Origin: Octopus vulgaris
Lineage: Eukaryota
DNA length: 64,000 nucleotides
Direction: 5' to 3'
Assembly: GCA_951406725.2 (NCBI GenBank)
Contig: OX597825.1
Location: 40,734,001 to 40,798,000 of the forward strand
The stretch's first letter is position 1, and every line of letters begins with the position of its first letter. The notes beneath the pieces are model-generated. The model was not told where the DNA came from. It was given only the letters and a program-made list of their open reading frames with translations, and searched no databases. The translations under genes were made by a program, and so were the position numbers. Below are positions 25,066-38,460 of this stretch, in pieces.

Positions 25066-27224
25066 GAGAGTTATCTGTGAAGAAATGAGTGAATGAATGA
25101 ATGAGTGAAGGAAGGGAAGAAGGATTGATGGATGGAAGGAAGGAAGGAAGGAAGGAATACAGGACATCTATTAATACTATCTAAATATGTCTCCATCCCT
25201 TGATTCCTAATCAAATATACTGAGATAATACATCTAGCAACAATAGAATTAAAACATAATTGTAATATAATAAAACAAACATTAATAAAAGTATTTTTTC
25301 ATATTTAAGATTTCTTTAAACTCAAAAGTCTTTGACAATTCAAGAAATGCAACCTAATCTTAAGTACCACAAATTTACAAATTTATTCAAGCCAAATATG
25401 CATTCCACTCACACATACCTTTATTTTCTTGGAAATCTCTGTTACCGACGGTCGGCTTTGTATATAGTTAATGGCCCCCTGTAAAATGGTGCTAAAAGTG
25501 GCGACAGTTTAGTCGATCATCTTACTCTGAAAGTAAATCTTAATTTATTCTCTCCAATTCCTTAAGGAACTGTGTATGTTATATTCATAACGCTTAAATA
25601 TATTTAGTGTTTTGATTTGCTGAACAACGTTTATGTGTGTGAATGTGAGTGTTTGTGTACAAAACAATGCGTATTGGAAATCTAAAATAAATTTTAAAAT
25701 CGTGATTAAAAACAAAATCAGTGTCTCACATGTACGACGTTAGCCTTTAAAATGATGGAAAGGGAAACAAAGCAAAAATATATAGATCTAGAAACAAATG
25801 AAAAAGTCAAAATGCGTTTGAAAATCATTTTAACATTTATAAAGTATGATTATATGTTCGTGTAACTTAGTATTTGATTGCATTTGTTTTGCAAAACATT
25901 TTTGTTTGTGGTTATTGAAATTAATATTAATTATATCGTACAAGAGTCCTATTTTGTGTTTGAATTCCAAATATACTCTTTTGATCTGTTTGTATGTTTT
26001 TTTGTAATAGATATAACAATACATATAAAAAAATATGTTATATTATTATAACCTGAAAAATTGAAACTCATATATTACGTGTAATATTATATTTCTGTAT
26101 TGTGAGAGATTATTACACACACGAACAATTTTCAAACTTTTGTAAACTTTGTGAAAAAATTCAAGAAATCCAATCAGTAAAATACTTAACTACGCAGTAC
26201 CTCAGGTGTTTTAATGATAATATTTCCTTTTCATACAGTTAATGACAGCAATATATACATAATAGATACAGGAAGAGTAACGTGCCGTAATCATCTCATC
26301 AGCATTAAGTAATGTATAATCTTCATTGAAATCATTCTATTTTCTCCCATTTCCAATGTGTTTATTTAAAGTAGAACACCTAATTCATATTTAGAAATAA
26401 CACCGGATCAGCTTTAGAATGAATATAATGTGCTTCAATTAAATTTTTTTAATTAACGACTATAAATCAGAAAATTAAAATAATTTAATGCATTAAGCCC
26501 ACACTTAGAAAAGGTTTCTCCCCTCACTAACGTTTCTTTCTTTTTTTATTTAAAACATATAAAACATTAAAATGAAGCAACTGTATTCTGATTAAATGTT
26601 TCTAATTAAAGTTTATCAATTGCAAAAGCAATACATTTAATTGGAGCTTAATACAAATTCTGTCCTTCAACATATTGAGGGTAGAGAAAACCGTATGTTC
26701 TTTCAATTTGATAATGGAAAATATTTAAACAGGTTTAATTAGAATATCAGTACAAGTTTTCCAGCAATTAGACACTTTTTTATCACCCGCTGCAGAAAGC
26801 ATTAGAATAATGTTTGTCAGTTATTGTACAATAAGAATTAAATGAAGTTCTCTGAAGCATAGTTTCGTGTGTATCTAAGATTTGTATATGTGTATTTATG
26901 TTTAAAGCTATAAGCGACTTGGCACATTTCACTAAATTCACTTCAGATTTAACACTTGAGGTATCTCAAGAAACTGATTAGCTGTAAGCAATCTAGTTTT
27001 GGTATTTTACAGTTATATATTGATTTGCTTTCATCAAAATAGATGTTTTATTTACTGGGGCCCAATTCCTTCCTTTTTAATAGAGAGAATATAATTTAAA
27101 ATAAGATGCATTATGAGAGGATTTACAATTTTAGAATAGCGTCATATTCGAAAGTCAGTTTGCATTAATGTAATTCAGCCTCAATTCTTAAAAGCAAGTT
27201 ATTTTATTTAAAATACTGACATGG

Positions 27225-28215
27225 TTACTACATTAGGGGTGACGCTCCTGCTTTCTTAATAGTGCAAAAGTGGTTAGCTAAATTTGGGAGGGAAGGGTCA
27301 TTCAAGAAGATGACCAAAACCTGGACTTCCTGCAAATGCCACCACGACATTGAGCGTGTACACCACACGCTGATGGATGACAAGCGACTGACTATAAACC
27401 AAATAGCCAATGCTATTAGCATACCCCGTGAGAGAGTTGAGAATATTCTACATAATGAAATTGGCATGACGAAAGTCTTTGCTCTGCGAGTACCACCTCC
27501 TCTGACACCTGATCAAAAGCGCACCATGTTACGAGTTTGAGGCAGATCCAGCTGGTTTCCCTGAACGTTTCTTAAACCAGGATGTATGTTGTCTTCATCA
27601 CTCTGAGCTAGAATCGAAAGAGAAGCTATGCAGTAAAAACACCCCTCCTCAACGACTCCGAAGAAGGCCATAGTCATTTCATTTGCTGGGGATGTGATGA
27701 CCTTGACTATCTTCAAAAGGTCACACCATCCATGGAGAATACTTTTCCAACTTGCCAAGATAGTTACGAAAGTCTGCCAAGACCAAAAGCCTTGGGAAAC
27801 TGACGAAAGGTGTTTTGCTTTATTACGACAATGCTCCAGTACACAATTCCTTTGTTTCAATGGCTGCTGCGCGTCACAGTGGTTTTTAACATGTTCATCA
27901 CACTCCCTATTCTCCTGATTTGGCCCCATCCGACTATCATCTGTTCCCCAACATGAAAACAACTTGGCTGGGAATCAGTATTCTTGTGATGATATCTGCA
28001 GTTGGTAAAGTTTTTGACAAGCAAGATAAAAGCATGTTTGCCAATGGGATTGAAGCACTGCAACACACACACACACAGAGAAAGACTAACACACACAGAG
28101 GGATGAGATTGACATGCAGGCAGACAAGCTGATAGACAGACAGGTAGACAGATAGGTAGACACGCAACGGTAAGATCCAGGGAGTCAAGTATATGAAGTT
28201 TGTAAGCTTCATGCG
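27225..28215 (+). mobile_element. Decayed mariner transposase
   Basis: VQKWLAKF, DDKRLTINQIANAISIPRERVENILHNEIGMTKV..RVPPPLTPDQKR, PYSPDLAPSDYHLFPNMK. Confidence 0.9.
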
Positions 28216-29223
28216 GTCCATTGTAGGTAATGAACAAAAAGCGGACAGTGCAAGATAAGGAACAATAACAAGTAATTGGGATCAAAGCTCAAACACTTTT
28301 TCCTATGTCGATATTACACAGAATTTGAAAAGCTGATAGCTTCTTTATAGCTCACGGTTACCAACTAGAGTTACTACAAATGCGAAGAAAAATCAAAATT
28401 GAGGGAGTGGAATGGGTAAAATGTGGATTATATGTGTCTCTTAGCTAACTGACCTCTCATGTAATAGCTGCTCAGCTAGGGGAGCTTAGCTTAGAAAACC
28501 ATCAGGCCGACATTACCTTAATGGAATGAAGATTACATTGTCGCTTGGAATTTACAAACTGACTCACTACCCATGTGAACTGAAAGGGAACACTCCTCGT
28601 TCACTAACTGTTGCATCACAGTATCAGCTAACAAAGAAACATATGTAACCTAACCATAAACACTCCCTCAATTTGGCGCTGTGTGGTGTGTGTGTGTGTG
28701 TGTGTGTGTGTATAAATATATATATACATGCATATATTCGTACGGGGTGTCACCGAAGCTGCAAATAACATGAAATAGGTAAACAACGAGAAAGAAATGG
28801 AAAATAGGTAAGTAAACACACAGAAAGGACCCTTCCTCAGTTTTCGGCTGTCCATCTACTACTCATTTCGAGCATTCAACGACAATATGAGACTTCAATG
28901 ACAGTTGCTCCCATAAATTCTAAAATAAAGTTTGGGATTTACGGAGGGTCAAATTTTGGAAGAAGAAAAGATAATAGTGGAGACATCCAGACGTAGAGGG
29001 TCGTTAGACCAGAACGAGAGGAAATAGGGAACCCTGAAAGAGACATATTTTTTAAAAGAGAAAAGATGGAAGAGAGAGAGGTAAAAGTCCATTCTTTTAA
29101 TCATCCGTAGAGGAAAAGAAAGATGTACGATGGTCACGTGTGAGCAACAAGGGAGAGAGAGACAGACAGATATATATATGTATATATATATATATATATA
29201 TAAATATAATATAATATAATTAT

Positions 29224-29358
<135 letters not shown>

Positions 29359-29376
29359 AATACATATCTGTATATA

Positions 29377-29927
29377 TTGGTTGTCCGGAAAGTTCGTGCC
29401 GATTTTTAAAGGAAAGAAAAAGGTCAATAAATACTTGGCATTACATTTTTAATCAACCAAATATAAACATTTTGTTGCACAATGCGTCTCCATCTTCCGT
29501 TTAACTTGAAAATATCCTCTTCCCAGAATTGAGGTGGTTTCATGGCAAAGAATTCATCAAGATATCTTTTTACGTCATCCAAGGAATTGAAATTTTCACC
29601 ATTAAGACTATTCTGCAGAGTCCTGAATAAGGGGAAATCCGAAGGAGCAATATCTGGTGAATATGGAGGGTGGGTAACACATCCCAGCCGAGCTGCAGCA
29701 ATTTTTGTCTGGTTGCCAAAGCATCAAGTGCCGAAAATGAACTTTCTCATCTTCTATTTACAGAATTAACACAGATTATATGAACATAAACCTTCTTTCA
29801 GGAAAAGATAGCATAAACTCTGCTCTAAATGATGTAGTCAAATCCTATTTTATGGACTCAACCATGTTCTAATATAAGTCGAAAGGTAAGTTACTATAAA
29901 TCGGCACGAACTTTCCGGCCAACCCAC
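29377..29927 (-). mobile_element. Mariner deletion derivative (MITE-like) with TIRs, in (TA)n
   Basis: TIRs TTGGTTGTCCGGAAAGTTCGTGCCGATTT / AAATCGGCACGAACTTTCCGGCCAACCCA. Minus strand HPPYSPDIAPSDFPLFRTLQNSL. Confidence 0.92.
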
Positions 29928-29934
29928 TATATAC

Positions 29935-30002
<68 letters not shown>

Positions 30003-30136
30003 TTATATATACACACAAGCACACACAAATAGGAATGAATTAACAATATGTATTTCCAATTTTTGAGACGTCATTTTCTAACATAATTATTACTTGTCAG
30101 TCAAATGTCATATGACCTAACTGATCATTTGTAATA

Positions 30137-30211
<75 letters not shown>

Positions 30212-30294
30212 TGAGTGAGAGAAAGAGATCAGTGACACTAAAAATTCTATAAGCAATTTCTAATGCCTTGGTACTTTCCACCCACTTTGTTTAT

Positions 30295-31167
30295 TAGGTT
30301 GTTCGGAAAATTATGGCTGATTTTTAAAATACACCTATATTTTTTTTTTAATGAACCTATACTATCATCTGGTTATTCAAAATATTATCCCTGAACAGTT
30401 ATGCAGTCTTCTCATTGATTAAAAATGTCATTGATGCTTCTTCGATACAAGATAACAAAATCTCTTTTCTTTCGATTTCAAACGCGTTTGTGTAACGGAA
30501 GGTCTTTGCCTTTAAAAATTTCCCAGATGCTTGAAAAGCGGTCATCAGTGGGTGAAAGATTAGGAAAATATGGAAGATGTCGTAAAGTTTCATATCCGAA
30601 CTCTGTGGGCTTCTGCAGTCTCGTGCTGGAAACATGCACTCGAGTATTTTCGTGGAGTAGAATGAGACCACGCTGATTTTTAAATGCCTGTCTCATTTTC
30701 CTAAAGGTAAAATGCATTTCTTCAGCTGCTGACAGTAAGCCTAGGCTTCAGAAAACAATTGTTTTCAAATGCTGATCAACAATGGTGGATGGACGTCCCC
30801 TACCTTCTTGATCTTCAAACCTCTCATCCCCACTATAGAAACTCTCAAACCATTTTCGTACCGTCCGATCACTAGTGGACACCTCACCTCATACTCTGGT
30901 AATATTGGCGGCTGTGTGTGAAGCAATGTGTCCAAGCTTGAATTCATGCAAAAAGAAGAAAACGCATTTCTTCATTTTTCATGCTTGTAATTAAGAATTT
31001 CTACACTTCAGAGATATATTCTGAATGAAATCAATAAAATATTATTAAGTATACATCCATTATTAAGCATGAAAAATCTCGTCTAAAATACTACAAATAT
31101 AACATCTTAAATCAAACCCGAAAAAGTGCTTTTGAAATGTCAGACAGTAATTTCACAAAAACATAAT
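30295..31167 (-). mobile_element. Decayed mariner
   Basis: TIR TTAGGTTGTTCGGAAAATTATGGC (like 52926); ILLHENTRVH, ETLRHLPYFPNLSPTD. Confidence 0.82.
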
Positions 31168-31245
31168 ATATAATGCATATAATACATACATACACACACT
31201 GAAGATTTAATCTGAATGAAACAGTTCTAGTCCTGTAGAAGCTCC

Positions 31246-31294
<49 letters not shown>

Positions 31295-31295
<1 letters not shown>

Positions 31296-31495
31296 TTTAT
31301 TTAAAGCAGCAGAAAATTCAACAAAACCTGTTACTCTGAGTTTCGCGTTCCCGTTCATCGGATAGTTTTTGCAACGCAAAACTCAGAGTAGCATGTTTTG
31401 TTGAATTTTCTGCTGCTTTAAATAAAGCATATTACTCTACCACTGGTATTTGAGTACTCTTTTTCCACCTTATTTCACATTTATGTGTTTACTCC

Positions 31496-31497
<2 letters not shown>
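31295..31497. mobile_element. Fold-back PLE pLTR-like remnant in (TA)n, with 55-bp inverted arms
   Basis: Arms 31295-31349 and 31373-31427; flanked by (TA)n on both sides; carries HHR-like motif. Confidence 0.75.
31323..31370 (-). ncRNA. Degenerate type I hammerhead motif
   Basis: AAAACTAT-CCGATGA-ACG GGAA CGC-GAAA-CTC A GAG-TA-ACAGGTTTT; core U4 to C, single mismatches in stems I and II. Confidence 0.6.
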
Positions 31498-31557
<60 letters not shown>

Positions 31558-32171
31558 CAGTATTCAATTAGTAGAGGAACTAAAAATGGAGAGTTGAAAG
31601 TTAATAATTATTTATTAATAAAGTGATATTTCATACTCCCTGCAGGTGTTTTAATTCTGCTCATGATGTAACTCACAAATTTATACTTTAAATTTGCATT
31701 TATAAGATATGGGTGCAGTATAATCAGGAAAATAGATATAGAGTAAAAGATTGCCTCATAGTCCATACCGGCAGACTAAATATATGCCGTTATTTTATTT
31801 ATATATTTGTGTGTGCGTGAGGGTAAAAGGATTAATTTGAATATAATAAGACATAAAGTATGATAAATAATAAGGTAGAATAAAATAAAATAATATAAAA
31901 TTAAAAGGTATAAAATATAAAATAGATAAGGTAAAGATAAAAATAACATAAATAAATGAAACTAAAGAAAATAAGACAAAATAAAACAGAATAGACTATG
32001 AATTGATCAGTGCCCATTGGTTGTAGAAATTTAAATCAATTTACATGCGATTAAGCATTTCAGAAAATATCTAATCATAACGGTTTCTCAATATATGCGT
32101 GTGTGTGGAATTAACAGTAATAAAAGTCTCCAAGATATAATTGCATGCATATATATATATATATATATAAT

Positions 32172-32562
32172 AGGCGCCGGAGTGGCTGTGTGTTAAGTAG
32201 CTTGCATACCAACAACGTCGTTCTGGGTTCATTAACACTGTGTGGCAACTTGGGCAAGTGTCTTTTACTATAGCCTCGGGCCGAGCAAAGCTTTGTGAGT
32301 TAATTTGGTAGACGGAAACTGAAAGAAGCCCGTCGTATATATGTATATATATGTATGTATGTGTCTGTAGGTGTGTCTGTGTTTGTCCTCCTAACTTAGC
32401 TTGACAACCGATTGTGGTATATTTACCTCCGCTGTAACTTAGCGGTTCGGCAAAAGTGACCGATAGAATAAGAACTAGGCTTACAAAGAATAAGTCCTGG
32501 GGTCGATTTGCTCAACTAAAGGCGGTGCTCCAGCATGGCCACAGTCATTAAACAAGTAAAAG
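32172..32562 (+). mobile_element. tRNA-derived SINE with RTE-like tail
   Basis: A box TGGCTGTGTG, CORE-like CTTGGGCAAGTGTCTT, internal microsatellite, tail GGCGGTGCTCCAGCATGGCCACAGTCA..AAACAAGTAAAAG. Confidence 0.88.
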
Positions 32563-32572
32563 TGTGAAAGCG

Positions 32573-32631
<59 letters not shown>

Positions 32632-32912
32632 GTGTTTGATCGCTAAATCCACATGTTTTTTTTCATTCTCACTCTGTTTATTTTCACTTATTCCTTTCTG
32701 TTGAAGACTTTCACACTTTCCCAAGCATGAAACTAATATACCCGCTTGTTGTTCACACACCTGTCTTAGTTTTGTGTTTTTCTGCAAACTTCAACTATAT
32801 GTATATATATATATATAATATCAGCAACAATTTAGATTCAAATAAATATGGTACTTAATTTAGATGCACCAGAATTTTGTATTGTGTTACCCATAAAAAT
32901 TTGCGGGCTGAT

Positions 32913-35142
32913 TATAATCAAACATAATCAACAAGAATGACTCCGTAATTTGGTACAATTGTTTAGCACTACAACATTTTATTAAAAGTTGTAAGTATTA
33001 CACCAGATTTAAGATGCTGAGTGCTCTTTACCCAATTATATATGTTTTCCAATAATATAAAAGCTTTCAAGTCAAGTAGTAACATTTCAGAGAAGGTAGA
33101 TATACAGATAAAGATGTAGATTTAAATTTTAAGAACATATGAGGTTGTGAAGTTCAGTCGCTAACTGACCAAAACTATGGTTGTATCTGACTGCTATAAG
33201 AATTTTTAGTTGTATGAATGAGGGTAAAGTAGGTTCCAGAATACCATAAAAGGAATTCAAGTTAGTTGTAGGAATGAGGGTAAAGGAGGTTACAGAATAC
33301 CATAAAGGAATTCAAGTTGCCACTAACAAAAAGCCAATTACTGCTATGTGGTGAGAAGAAACTAGGTCATTGTCAAAAGGTCATTAATTTCTTTTACAGA
33401 GAGTAGGGAAAAAAACTATCACTTACTTTTAGTAGGCATAGTATTTTATAACTGGAGGAACAGCTTTAAAACTTTAAAACTAGATTAGATTTAGGAAAAG
33501 TTCCAATTTCAAGATTACAGTGAACTTTTTCTAGTCATCTATGAAAGTTAAGTTGAAGGCTAGTATAGTATATTTCTTATTAACTAAATTATTATAATAA
33601 AATGTTAAAATTTGAACTAGATATAGGAATAATGGCGTAGATTAAAACTGCGAATTTTAACCAATCAGAGCATGTGTAAAACTTGACTGCATTCTATTAG
33701 TGTGACGTAGAAAGCCTTTTGTGACGTACTAACGTTCGGAAACTAGATAAAAAATATTTTATTTTTAAAAATGAGAGAATAAATAATACTTTTTTGAACA
33801 TAATTTTTATTACCGTACAGTTACGAAGTATCTGCATAGAAGTTGGGATTCATAAAAGCTCTCGGCGGGCCGCATGAAAACCTATGGTGGGCCGCATGCG
33901 GCCCGCGGGCCGTAGTTTGCCCACCCCTGGTCTAGGGGAAGCATTGATGTACATGTGTGTGTGTGTGTGTGTGTTTGATGGGGTGTGGGAGACAGTATGT
34001 TGTGTAAGTGAAGTGCTTCTGTTAGTGTGTGTGAAGAGACAGAGAGAGTAATGTGTGAAAGAGAGAGATAACTGAAATGTTTTACTCGGTGTATGTGTAT
34101 ATTTATGTCTGCATGTATGTGTGTGTGTGTATGTATCTATGTATGTATGGCCAATTCATCGTAATTACGATTACGATGAATCGGCTATACATACATACAC
34201 ACACACACATACATACACACACACACATACTTACACATACATACACACACACATACATGCAGACATACAGAATGGAAACGTTTTCAATTTAATACATGTG
34301 GCTTATTAACTAGTTTTAAATATTGTTATTAGAAGGTGGCTGACTTGTTTACATTTAAGATGTTAAATACGTCACGAAATTGGTGGTCGAGACGGAGTAA
34401 ATAAAATAAAGCCGAATGACGGAATATCATTGGTTAAAATTCTAATTATTAAACAACGTTAAACTTAGAAGTTACAATTCCGTTTTCATTCTGGTTTACA
34501 ATTAAGTTTACTTTTGACACATTCTACCAGTATACGAAGTTTCAAATTGTTTGGTTCAGTAGGAAAAATTTGAAAAAACTGGCCTCAAAATAGAAAAGAT
34601 CCATGAAGTTTTTCTAGTCATCTATGAAAGTTAAGTTGAAGGCTAGTATAGTATATTTCTTCTTATTATTATAATAAAAAGTTAAAATTTGAAAAATATA
34701 TAAATAATGGCGGTGCCCCAGCATGGCCACAGCTTGTGAGCTGAAACTAGATAAAAATATTTAAAAAAGGAATAAATAATACTCATAATTTTTATTTAAA
34801 GTATTTAAACGTTCGAGTTATGGAATGTATGCAAGATAATTCATACAACTAAAAAATTATTATAGCAGTCAGATACAACCATAGTTTTGGTCAGTTAGCG
34901 ACTGAACTTCACAACCACATATGTTCTTAAATTTAAATCTATATCTTTATCTGTATCTCTACTTTCTCTAAAATGTTACTACTTGATTTGAAAGCTTTTA
35001 TATTATTGGAAAACCTATATAATTGGGTTGAAGAGCACTCAGCATCTTAAATCTGGTGTAATACTTACAACTTTTAATAAAATGTTGTAGTGCTAAACAA
35101 TTGTACCAAATTACGGAGTCATTCTTGTTGCTTATTTTTGAT

Positions 35143-35146
<4 letters not shown>
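32913..35146. repeat. Long inverted repeat: about 307-bp arms (32913-33219 / 34839-35146) around a 1.6-kb spacer
   Basis: Arms are closely matching reverse complements by eye; the spacer holds direct repeats 33522-33790 / 34604-34783. Confidence 0.9.
33855..33929 (-). mobile_element. hAT (Charlie-like) transposon terminus
   Basis: Reverse complement CAGGGGTGGGCAAACTACGGCCCGCGGGCCGCATGCGGCCC, with GGCCCG subterminal motifs; adjacent GTCTAGGG resembles the NTCTAGAN target. Confidence 0.8.
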
Positions 35147-35182
<36 letters not shown>

Positions 35183-35405
35183 CATATATATATATACATA
35201 CGCATGTATACAGAGATGTGCATATATAAATGTATCCTTATATGCATGGATACACCAATACACGCATATAAATATGTACATAAGGCATATAGTCATACAT
35301 ATATATACGCATTATAACCTTCAGTTCGATATTATTTGTTTATATTGTTTATATTGTTTTCATTAATGCTTCTCTTAAAAACATTTATATAAAATGATAA
35401 TCAAA

Positions 35406-35697
35406 TGTATTTATGTACCATATAACCAGTACGACGAATAATACTGTTTGTTTACATTCTAGAATGGTAGAGAACTTGTGCATTACGCCATCCCAAATGT
35501 AGTTTATAGAAAAATTCCTTAAAGTATATATTTTTAGGTGTGATTTAATTAATGCTTCTATTAAGTACATTTACATAAAATAATAATAAGTATGTATCTA
35601 CCATATAATCGTGACGAGGAATATATACTATCTGTTTACATTCTAGATGGATAGAGATCTTGTGCATTACGTCATCAATAATGTTCTTTATGGAAAA
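35406..35697 (+). repeat. Diverged local duplication (about 110-bp units, about 183 bp apart)
   Basis: 35406-35515 vs 35589-35697 share TACCATATAA..TGTTTACATTCTAGA..AGAGA.CTTGTGCATTACG.CATC. Confidence 0.8.
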
Positions 35698-36660
35698 TGG
35701 GGATATTATTTAATTTATAAGTAGTGTTTAACCCATGAGCCCCATTTGCGGATCTGCTAAAGACATTTTCACTGCTGGTTGTTCGTTGTATTTAAATTGA
35801 ATTGTTTATGTACATTGCATTTGCAGAGGTCTGTTTAACAATATTTAGTATGTAAAATTTGTCATTATCAGCTCTGGCTAATTCTAGAGGACATCTTATG
35901 TCACAAGTCGAAATTGTTGAACTGCAAAAATATCGACTGTTTTCAAAAGCATTTTTCGTGTTTTTGAATTTCCCGTCTATACCATTCTTTGATATTTCAT
36001 GCACATTCGAATTTGATACTATAGTTTCAAAAACAAAAAATTTAAATGTTTATTATTGCAATTGAATAGAAAAGGATAAATATACTCTTTTTCAGCGATC
36101 TCTACTTGATATTTGTTGAAACATTTGTCATAATTTCCAATTTAAATATTATATATTATTTTAACTTCTAAGACACCTGGCAAATCCAAAAAATACACGT
36201 TGAAAATTGGGCAGTTAATCACTTAAAATTAATATTAAAGAAAATATTATGTATTGTAAGATAAATATTATAAACATTCAGCTAGGTATAAATATAGAAT
36301 GCCTGTTGTATTATAGACAGGAATTTGTTACTTAATGTCTTTTCAATTAATGTTAATAGAAACCGTTACAAAATCTTTTCAGTATATGGTGATTAAGTCG
36401 TTATCAGTAAAATAGCTAATAATCATTATTAATTATTGTTTAGGATATTTTTAGAATTTTAGTTGTTAATTTAAGGTACGAAAGTCGAAAATATTATGTA
36501 TCTTATGTGGTGCAATCAATAATGATTATCTCAATTAGTGTTTATAGATCTACTTATGAAGCATGTTCAATAACGCTAGTCTGTCATATCAATAGGTAAT
36601 ATGTATCCTAGATGTTAGAGGACATGAGTAGTATATTATATAGTTTATTATTACCCTATA

Positions 36661-37200
36661 TTATGAGTATAAGGCTGAATTATACTTAGAGAAAACATAT
36701 TTCGCCGAATAAAGGCAAATTACATTTTCCTTTTTTAAATTTAGGAAATATTTTCTAAATATAAGGATTTTATAGGCTTCTTCAGTACACAACTCACATA
36801 TTTTGTTGGATAATTTATATGATTTTGCAAACTGCAATATCCCTTTTAATATTAAATTCAAAGTTTTGGGAGTTTAAGTTGGTTTTTAGCTGAATTATTG
36901 AATTGGATATTTCTATTTCTGTAGAAGCTATTAATTTTTATTTTTAATAGATAATATAATTATCAGCAGGTTACAAGTTTAAATAAAACCAATTTTTTAC
37001 ATGTTTACAATTAATAATGTCGCTATATTTATTATCATTGTTAAATAGACTTGTGTATAGATCTTATCAAATTATTTATAGTTTACTTAGCATATGGAAT
37101 AATGAGCCAAATCGTATTAGATTCTTCAGAATTATTTTTCAAGAGTTATAATCTATTTTTGATTTAGCAAACTTTATGTAAGGAGTATATGGTTTAAACA
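36661..37200 (-). mobile_element. Highly decayed PLE C-terminus (GIY-YIG tail)
   Basis: KSYKLSNKICELCTEEAYKIL..FLNLKKENVICLY resembles the C-terminal CxLCxxE..LNKxxE..C motif of GIY-YIG PLEs; WLIIPY at about 37100. Confidence 0.55.
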
Positions 37201-37262
37201 AGTTAGTTACCTTATTTACATTATTTACAGCTGACGGATATTACCACACAGCCACTACTGTG

Positions 37263-37302
<40 letters not shown>

Positions 37303-38228
37303 CAGCTGTAAATAATGTAAATAAGGTATATATATATATATTTCAAGTTTGTTTATGGTAACATAAATAAAACTTCTATTTCTTTATGATGTCCACCGTC
37401 TAATGATGCTGATTAGAGAACCAATGTTTCTGGGTTGCATCATGTTATACCGACATAATGTAGAATAAATATACACAAAATTGCTGCACCGTGTAACATA
37501 AAATCACGTGTATGTAGCCCATGCCTAGAAGATACCTTGTAAATAATCACATACTGGGAAAACGTGATAAATAAGCACACTCAGATGGTCATATGTGAGC
37601 GTAGGAACAAAACATTCATGGATTTTGAAAAAATATTTTGAATCAAAATGACACATTATAGTGAGGAACCCAAACAAATAAATACACCAACCGATATTTG
37701 AGATGCTAAACACTATACTAACAAAAACAATGAATGGGTCACCATAAGAAAGGAACATTTATCAGTTCAGTCAACACACCCAACTGTATAGCAGCAGTAC
37801 TTGACCACCTGTTGAGTTCTGAATTTCTGGAAGATATTCATGCCTGAAATGAAATCAAACAAAAGATTTTACAACCTATCCTTAACATTTGCTAAATGAA
37901 TAACAAAATAAATATCCGACACCATCTCACACACTCCCATCCCCATGTAACTACCATTTCTTCTATTCCCATAAACTTCTACTCCTTCCATACAGATATG
38001 CTCACATAACGCGTTTCACTTTATACTGGTAAAAAGAGAAAAACATCCGTCTGTGGTTCATCCACTCAGGTTATTTCACCTGAAAAATGAATAAATGATG
38101 ATGTTCAACCGCATGCCCTCGCATACTATCGACTACACTGTAATAATCCCAGGAATATGGACTGTGACCATAAAATTTATGTGGAATGTAGAAACGCGTA
38201 GCGATGCATTAAATGCATATAAATTCCA

Positions 38229-38248
38229 TATTATTATTATTATTATTG

Positions 38249-38322
<74 letters not shown>

Positions 38323-38383
38323 GTTATTATTATTATTATTATTACTATTATTATTATTATCATTATTATTATTATTATTATTA

Positions 38384-38429
<46 letters not shown>

Positions 38430-38460
38430 CATTATTATTATTATTATTGTCATTATCATT
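38229..38460 (+). repeat. (ATT)n microsatellite, no insertion
   Basis: Direct reading. Confidence 0.97.

Noticed and set aside
28800-28910. CTGAGGA and GAAA on minus strand in an insert between microsatellites
   Set aside because: Order and stems do not give a convincing HHR fold; may be a pLTR remnant but unsupported.
32900-32950. CTGATTA flanked by TTGCGG/CCGTAA pairing
   Set aside because: Lacks G8 and GAAA; likely coincidental.
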